The position numbers and the translations under genes were made by a program. DNA of 32,657 nt from a virus. Lineage: Duplodnaviria; Caudoviricetes. Where the stretch lies: IMG/VR virus record IMGVR_UViG_3300037423_000850, positions 1-32,657 of that record, one strand, 5' to 3'. Each line of letters opens with the position of its first letter. Position 1 is the first letter of the stretch. Below are positions 27,998-32,657 of the stretch, one piece after another. The notes beneath the pieces are model-generated. The model did no database searches, had not been told where the DNA came from, and was given only the letters and a program-made list of their open reading frames with translations.

Positions 27998-28070
27998 GCT
28001 AGCGGCCATGTAACAGGGCGCGCCGTCCCGACGGGGACGCGAAGGCGCGCCACCTGGGGGGGAAGCGTAA

Positions 28071-28439
28071 GTGAGCAGTTTGCTGGTATTGCTTAACGGT
28101 CGGCCGACGGCGTTGCTCGCCGGCGCGATCGCGTTCGTCGGACTGCTGCGGTTCCTCCGCTGGTTCATCCCGTTTTTCGTGGATCGGCTCGACGTCGGTC
28201 ATGGCCGCATCGCCGCCCGCCTGGCGCACGTCGAGGTCGAGCTCGACGCGTGGCGCGAGTTCGGGCTGGTCATGTTCCACGTCGTCGCCAAGATCGAGCC
28301 AGGCAACGTCGCGCTGCTCAAGGCCGCGAAGCTGCTGCGAACCACGGTGCCGGCGGTTTCGCTGGATCTCGATCAGATCATCGCCGGGCTTCACTCAATC
28401 CCCGGAACGGAGGAGGGCGCCAATGTCGCCGCTGCTTAG
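28071..28439 (+). CDS. membrane protein of the lysis region (holin/antiholin candidate)
   Basis: GGGGGGGAAG RBS, GTG start, N-terminal hydrophobic segment. Confidence 0.55.
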   Translation: MSSLLVLLNGRPTALLAGAIAFVGLLRFLRWFIPFFVDRLDVGHGRIAARLAHVEVELDAWREFGLVMFHVVAKIEPGNVALLKAAKLLRTTVPAVSLDLDQIIAGLHSIPGTEEGANVAAA

Positions 28440-28668
28440 TCGGATCCACGATATCGGAACGCGCGCCTGGCTGCGTTTCGTCCAGGCGCTGAACGCGATC
28501 CTGATCTCGCTCGCCGGCGCGGCGGTGGTGGTCAACCAGGCATATCCGGGCGTGATCACCGGGGCGATCAACAAGCTCCCGCCGATGGTCGGGATCCCGC
28601 TGCTGTTCGTGCTCGGCTTCCTCGTCCACTATTCGCTGCGCCGCGCCAAGGTGAGCCCCAATGACTGA
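28423..28668 (+). CDS. putative holin (81 aa, two TM segments)
   Basis: GGAGGAGG RBS; two hydrophobic helices and basic tail; directly before the endolysin. Confidence 0.65.
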   Translation: MSPLLSRIHDIGTRAWLRFVQALNAILISLAGAAVVVNQAYPGVITGAINKLPPMVGIPLLFVLGFLVHYSLRRAKVSPND

Positions 28669-29185
28669 CCGCCGCGCGGTTCCGGCGCAAGGCGGCGTTG
28701 TCGCCGGCGGGCTGCTCGGCCTCGCCGTGGCGATCGCTGCCGCTTTCGCCGAGCCGCGCGAGGGCATGGTCGCCAAGGCGCGGCCCGATCCGGCGGGCAT
28801 CCCGACCTATTGCTTCGGGGAGACGGAGAAGGTCGACCCGTCACGGATCTACACGCGGAGCGAGTGCTCGGTCCTGCTGCGCAAGCGCCTGGCGCTGGAC
28901 TATGCGCCGAAGATCCTCGCCTGCCTCCCGCAGCTCGAGCGCTCCGATCGGGTCAACGCCTTCGGCGCGTTCCTCGACGCCTCCTATAACGCCGGGCCGG
29001 TCGCGGTCTGCCAGAGCCGAATGGCGGCGGCGGTGCGTGCCGACAACCTCGCGGCCGCCTGCGCGGGCTTTCGTGGCTGGTACGTCACGGCGCGCGATCG
29101 GCGCACCGGCAAGAGGATCCTGCTCAATGGCCTGGTGAGCCGCCGCGAAGGCGAAGCTGCGCTGTGCGGAAAGGACGTCCGATGA
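28661..29185 (+). CDS. SAR-type endolysin, GH24 lysozyme
   Basis: Gly/Ala-rich N-terminal helix, then E-x8-D-x5-T triad (REGMVAKARPDPAGIPT), YNAG and GLVSRR.GE. Confidence 0.9.
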   Translation: MTDRRAVPAQGGVVAGGLLGLAVAIAAAFAEPREGMVAKARPDPAGIPTYCFGETEKVDPSRIYTRSECSVLLRKRLALDYAPKILACLPQLERSDRVNAFGAFLDASYNAGPVAVCQSRMAAAVRADNLAAACAGFRGWYVTARDRRTGKRILLNGLVSRREGEAALCGKDVR

Positions 29186-29436
29186 AATTCGCTCTCGCGC
29201 TGGGCGGCGCATATCTCCTGATCGCGCTCGGCCTGGTCGCGATCGGGCTGTCGATCCTCCATCAATTCGAGCGGGCGACGGCGACGATCGAGATCTCGCC
29301 GACGTCGACGATCGCGCCCGAACCGACCGATTTCCCGCTGTGCGTCACGGTCAAGCCGCGGCCGCTGATCGACCGGAGCAACGGCAATTACGATTACCGG
29401 CTCGGCCGCGGCCGCCGGGATGGAGGGGTGAGCTGA
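29182..29436 (+). CDS. membrane-anchored hypothetical protein (84 aa)
   Basis: AAAGGA RBS, N-terminal TM helix; coupled to both neighbours. Confidence 0.6.
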   Translation: MKFALALGGAYLLIALGLVAIGLSILHQFERATATIEISPTSTIAPEPTDFPLCVTVKPRPLIDRSNGNYDYRLGRGRRDGGVS

Positions 29437-30008
29437 TGGAAGCTGCGCTGGAAGCCGCATTGGCGATCTACAAGAAGGCAGCTCCGTTCATCGGCCTGCT
29501 GCTGATCCCGCTGGCGATCGCGCTGCTCGTCCAGCAAGGCGAGACGCGCCACTGGCGCAAGCAGAGCGACCGGTTCGAGGCGCTCTACCATGCCGAGCAG
29601 ACGGCCCATGCGGTGACGGTCGCCAATTACCGCGCGGCCGCCGATCGCGCGCGCCAGCTCGACCAGGCCAACGCCGCCCGCGTGCAAAGCGAGCAGCGCC
29701 TCATCAACGAAAGGACGTCCGATGATTACGAAACCCGCCTTGCTGCTGCTCGCGCTGTCGCTGACCGCCTGCGCGGCGAGCTCGCTAAAGCCGCAAGCAA
29801 TCCCGGCGGTGGCGGAGCAACGGCTGTGCCCGGCCTTCCCGCTGCCGCCGGCGGCGCTGCTCAAGCCGCCGGCGAGGACGGACTTTCTATCGACGAAAGG
29901 CTCCTCGCAACCGAGCAAGGGATCCAGCTCGACGAATTGATCAAGTGGATCCGCCGCCAAGCGGCGGTCGATCCGAACAAGCCCGGTCAGCCGGCGGGAG
30001 GCAAATAG
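29436..30008 (+). CDS. i-spanin (Rz-like)
   Basis: N-terminal TM helix, coiled coil, embedded lipoprotein ORF. Confidence 0.8.
   Translation: MEAALEAALAIYKKAAPFIGLLLIPLAIALLVQQGETRHWRKQSDRFEALYHAEQTAHAVTVANYRAAADRARQLDQANAARVQSEQRLINERTSDDYETRLAAARAVADRLRGELAKAASNPGGGGATAVPGLPAAAGGAAQAAGEDGLSIDERLLATEQGIQLDELIKWIRRQAAVDPNKPGQPAGGK
29722..29940 (+). CDS. o-spanin (Rz1-like lipoprotein), embedded
   Basis: AAAGGA RBS; signal peptide with lipobox LTAC; Pro-rich mature part; +1 frame inside Rz. Confidence 0.85.
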   Translation: MITKPALLLLALSLTACAASSLKPQAIPAVAEQRLCPAFPLPPAALLKPPARTDFLSTKGSSQPSKGSSSTN

Positions 30009-30009
30009 C

Positions 30010-30153
30010 ATGGCGATGCAGATCGGGATCGCGATCGCGCTCGGCGGGACTGCCGCCGCCGGCGGCGGAACCGGCGGAGCGCCGAGCAATGCGCTGTCGC
30101 TCGGCGGGCAGACCCTCACCCTCGGCGCCAACACTCTAACCCTCGGAGCCTAG
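30010..30153 (+). CDS. small Gly-rich structural peptide (47 aa)
   Basis: GGGAGG RBS; MAMQIGIAIALGG...LSLGGQTLTLGANTLTLGA. Confidence 0.6.
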   Translation: MAMQIGIAIALGGTAAAGGGTGGAPSNALSLGGQTLTLGANTLTLGA

Positions 30154-30157
30154 TCCA

Positions 30158-30841
30158 ATGTCGATCGATATCACCGCCCCCGGCGCCAACGCCTCCGCGC
30201 TCAAGCTGGCGTTGCGCAAGCTCGCCGATCCCTATTTCATCCCGCCGGCGGCGAATATCTTCACCGTCAAGAAAGCGACCGGCTCGGCCGACCCGACCTT
30301 CACCGACACCGACGAGGGGCTGGTGATGGATTTCGGAGAGAACCGCCTGGGCACGGCGGGCAAGGTCAAGATGGGCGCGGTCGCGGTCAACTCGGCCGCG
30401 GATTGGACGCTCAAGTCGCGGATCCGGCCCAGGCTCAACAACGGCCTGACCGGCAACTTCGGCGTCGGCATCGGGATCCTCAACAACGCCAACAGCAAGC
30501 TTATCGAGGCGGGCGCGCTCAACATCTGGAACTTCGGCGCGTGGGTGGTGAACGGGACGCTCGACGCTTATTCCGCCGACGTCGCAACAAACTCCGGCAC
30601 AATCAACCGCCATACGATCGGGATCAGGATCCGCTACGTTCAGGCTACCGGGACGATCTTCTTCGATTATTCGGTCGACGGAAACGGCGAGAGCTGGATC
30701 CCCTACGCGAGCCAGGCGCAGGCGACCTATCTCGGCGCTGCGCCGACGCACGTCGGGCCGATCATGCATTGCGGCTCGGTCCAGGCCGCCGGCGTCACCG
30801 CCAATGACAAGCTGATCATTGATCGGTGGGAGCTCGCCTAA
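30158..30841 (+). CDS. putative fibre/receptor-binding beta-sandwich protein (227 aa)
   Basis: GGAG RBS; IRIRY...FDYSVDG.G.SW lectin-like pattern. Confidence 0.6.
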   Translation: MSIDITAPGANASALKLALRKLADPYFIPPAANIFTVKKATGSADPTFTDTDEGLVMDFGENRLGTAGKVKMGAVAVNSAADWTLKSRIRPRLNNGLTGNFGVGIGILNNANSKLIEAGALNIWNFGAWVVNGTLDAYSADVATNSGTINRHTIGIRIRYVQATGTIFFDYSVDGNGESWIPYASQAQATYLGAAPTHVGPIMHCGSVQAAGVTANDKLIIDRWELA

Positions 30842-30869
30842 ACCTCAAGTCCTGAAAGGAACATCTCCA

Positions 30870-31133
30870 ATGCCACTGACCGATCCCTATGCCGAGCTGC
30901 GCCATACGTCGCTGTCCGAACCTTCCGGGGCGTTCGTTGCGCTCGCCACCGAAACCGACGTCGCCGAGACGCGCGGCCTCTACGTCGGCACCGGCGGCGA
31001 CCTGGTGTGCAAGAACGAAGCCGGCGCGTCGGTGACGTTCAAGAACGTCGCGAGCGGGACGACGCTGCCGATCCGCACGACGCGCGTCGTCGCTGCGGGA
31101 ACGACCGCCGCCGATCTCGTCGCGCTGTACTGA
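30870..31133 (+). CDS. head spike base protein (RcGTA Rcc01079-like, 87 aa)
   Basis: TRGLYVGTGGDL...VTFKNV.SGT.LPIR.TRV.A.GTTAADLVALY signature. Confidence 0.8.
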   Translation: MPLTDPYAELRHTSLSEPSGAFVALATETDVAETRGLYVGTGGDLVCKNEAGASVTFKNVASGTTLPIRTTRVVAAGTTAADLVALY

Positions 31134-31159
31134 CCGCCCGCCCAAAGGGGGAATGAACA

Positions 31160-31684
31160 ATGGCAAGTAAAGAGCTCGTCGGCGCCGACCATATCCCGGA
31201 TCTCGACGAGGGCTATGTCGCGCTCGGCGACGAATTGGTGCACGTCGTCGACACGAACGGCAACAGCCGCAGGATGACGCTTGCCGCCGCGGTTGCGGCG
31301 GGCGGCGGCGGTGGCGGCGGCGGCGGGCTGACGGCCGAGGACGTGCGCGACACGATCGGCGCTGCGCTGGTCGCGGGCACCGATATGAAGATCGTGGTCA
31401 GCGACGCCGGCGACACGATCACCCTGATCGGCCTGCAGGAATGGGCGCCGAACCTGACCGACGACGCGGTGTGCTATATCCCGGCGATCGCCGCGATGAC
31501 GATCGGCCAGGGCAATGCGATGATCGGGAGCGCGACGCGGACGATCGAGAAGTCGACCGCGGCCGCCCCCGACACGTTCGCGGCGACGGCGCTGCCGGCG
31601 GCGCTCGAGGCCGGTGCGTGGCTCAAGCTCACCTATGCCGACGTGGTTGGCTTCGCCGCCGATCACCTGGTGCGTACCGCATGA
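31160..31684 (+). CDS. fibre-like structural protein (174 aa)
   Basis: AAGGGGGA RBS; poly-Gly linker and a module shared with the tail fibre. Confidence 0.7.
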   Translation: MASKELVGADHIPDLDEGYVALGDELVHVVDTNGNSRRMTLAAAVAAGGGGGGGGGLTAEDVRDTIGAALVAGTDMKIVVSDAGDTITLIGLQEWAPNLTDDAVCYIPAIAAMTIGQGNAMIGSATRTIEKSTAAAPDTFAATALPAALEAGAWLKLTYADVVGFAADHLVRTA

Positions 31685-32241
31685 TCGTCCAACCGCTGCC
31701 GTTCCCGCCGCTGACGGCCGAGTTCATGACCGATTTCAGCGGCCTGTCATGGCAGCTTCCCGGCCTTAGCGATTTCAGCTCTACAGTGTACAATTGCGGC
31801 GCCGGATCGAGCGACGTTTACAACGTGTCGGGACCGGCGGGGCGGACGATCGAAGCGACGTTCCGGATCCGCGGCTGCGTCGAGCTCAATCCCTACACCG
31901 GCGGAACCCCGATCTCGGCCAACGTCCAGAAGGACGCGACCGGGCAGCAGGCCAACGTCAATATCTACAAGCTGGTGATCTCGAGCCCGGCTGCGACCTA
32001 CTATCTCAACAAGGGCGCGTTCACCAATTTCGACCAGACGGCCCTCGACTATGAGCTGATCGTCGACGTCGACGTCGGCGCCACGATCACGCTGCAATCG
32101 CTGTCGGTCGACAACCGCGAGATCAAGAACAACACCAACGTCAGCGTGGCCGACGACGATCCCGAGCATCCGGTCGTGGTCGCGCAGCCCTATGCCGGGC
32201 AGTTCATGCAGATCGACGCGGTTTCCGCGGTCCTGCTGTAA
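31681..32241 (+). CDS. putative fibre tip / beta-rich protein (186 aa)
   Basis: ATGA overlap; Asn/Thr/Val-rich. Confidence 0.65.
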   Translation: MIVQPLPFPPLTAEFMTDFSGLSWQLPGLSDFSSTVYNCGAGSSDVYNVSGPAGRTIEATFRIRGCVELNPYTGGTPISANVQKDATGQQANVNIYKLVISSPAATYYLNKGAFTNFDQTALDYELIVDVDVGATITLQSLSVDNREIKNNTNVSVADDDPEHPVVVAQPYAGQFMQIDAVSAVLL

Positions 32242-32315
32242 GCGGCGAGGGTCAGCAGCAGGAGCAGCACGGCGAACCCGAGGATGATCGCTTCGCTCGT
32301 TTCCAGCTTTTTCAT
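32190..32315 (-). CDS. possible small single-TM peptide (41 aa, MKKLETSEAIILGFAVLLLLLTLAAY...)
   Basis: Basic N-terminus plus hydrophobic helix; convergent overlap with 31681..32241; no clear RBS. Confidence 0.4.
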   Translation of the reverse strand: MKKLETSEAIILGFAVLLLLLTLAAYSRTAETASICMNCPA

Positions 32316-32409
32316 GGCGCGGCGCATATCAGGGTTTCGCGTGCCTGTCTAAAATCGCCGTCAGGCCGGTTTTAAGCGCCGTACAGACGATTGTCGGCAA
32401 ATCGCGCTG

Positions 32410-32568
32410 TTACGCGGCGGCGAGCTCGCCGCGGCCGCGCAGGCGGCGCTGGCGGACATAGACGGCGTGCAGCGCACGGCGCAGCTCCTCGCTCTCCTGG
32501 TCGGTCAGCTCGCGGCGCAGCGATTGCAGATGCTCGAGGCGGAGCTCGGCGCGCGTCTTGTAGCTCAT
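32410..32568 (-). CDS. hypothetical protein (52 aa)
   Basis: GGAGTCGACCA-ATG leader resembling the early-operon leader. Confidence 0.6.
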   Translation of the reverse strand: MSYKTRAELRLEHLQSLRRELTDQESEELRRALHAVYVRQRRLRGRGELAAA

Positions 32569-32657
32569 TGGTCGACTCCGGTTGCTTTCGTGATTGTGGC
32601 GCGGTCGTTCCACAGCGCGATTGCCTTCGTGATTTCGGCTGCTGTCGCTTCTTCTAG

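Larger units (their letters stand above)
659..28018. repeat. dispersed 13-bp palindrome (core CRTGTWACAYG), 13 copies
   Basis: Copies start at 659, 1986, 2789, 3367, 3793, 9595, 12704, 16692, 17598, 19581, 23845, 26247 and 28006. Confidence 0.9.

Noticed and set aside
26346-32241. BPP-1-like diversity-generating retroelement acting on fibre genes
   Set aside because: No reverse transcriptase ORF and no template/variable repeat pair seen in the window.
32405-32417. CGCTGTTACGCGG (and ACGGTTTACACGC at 14449-14461) as extra palindrome copies
   Set aside because: Each has three mismatches to the 13-bp consensus, including in the TGTWACA core.

Overview
This is a GC-rich stretch of one podovirus-type phage or prophage, probably with an alphaproteobacterial host (inferred from a GapR/DUF2312 homolog and an RcGTA-like spike-base gene). 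Layout: a leftward operon of small hypothetical genes (1-3.7 kb); a non-coding TGTTCCCA iteron/inverted-repeat region that looks like a replication origin (~4.05-4.32 kb); then a rightward morphogenesis operon with TerS, GapR, TerL, T7-like portal, scaffold, capsid, tail tubular A/B, internal virion proteins, tail fibre, a holin/SAR-endolysin/Rz-Rz1 lysis cassette and a post-lysis head-spike/fibre cluster. I recognised no integrase, repressor or replicase in the window. Main unexplained features: (1) 13 copies of a palindrome with core CRTGTWACAYG spread over 27 kb, in promoter-like positions, over start codons and inside structural genes; (2) a putative ejected protein carrying a lytic-transglycosylase-like domain and a ParB/Srx-like domain; (3) an antisense tRNA-like element with a remodelled anticodon arm directly after that gene and next to one palindrome; (4) repeated long stem-loop + AGGAGCACCGACC leaders in the early operon. 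All product calls come from motif recognition and gene order, not database searches.
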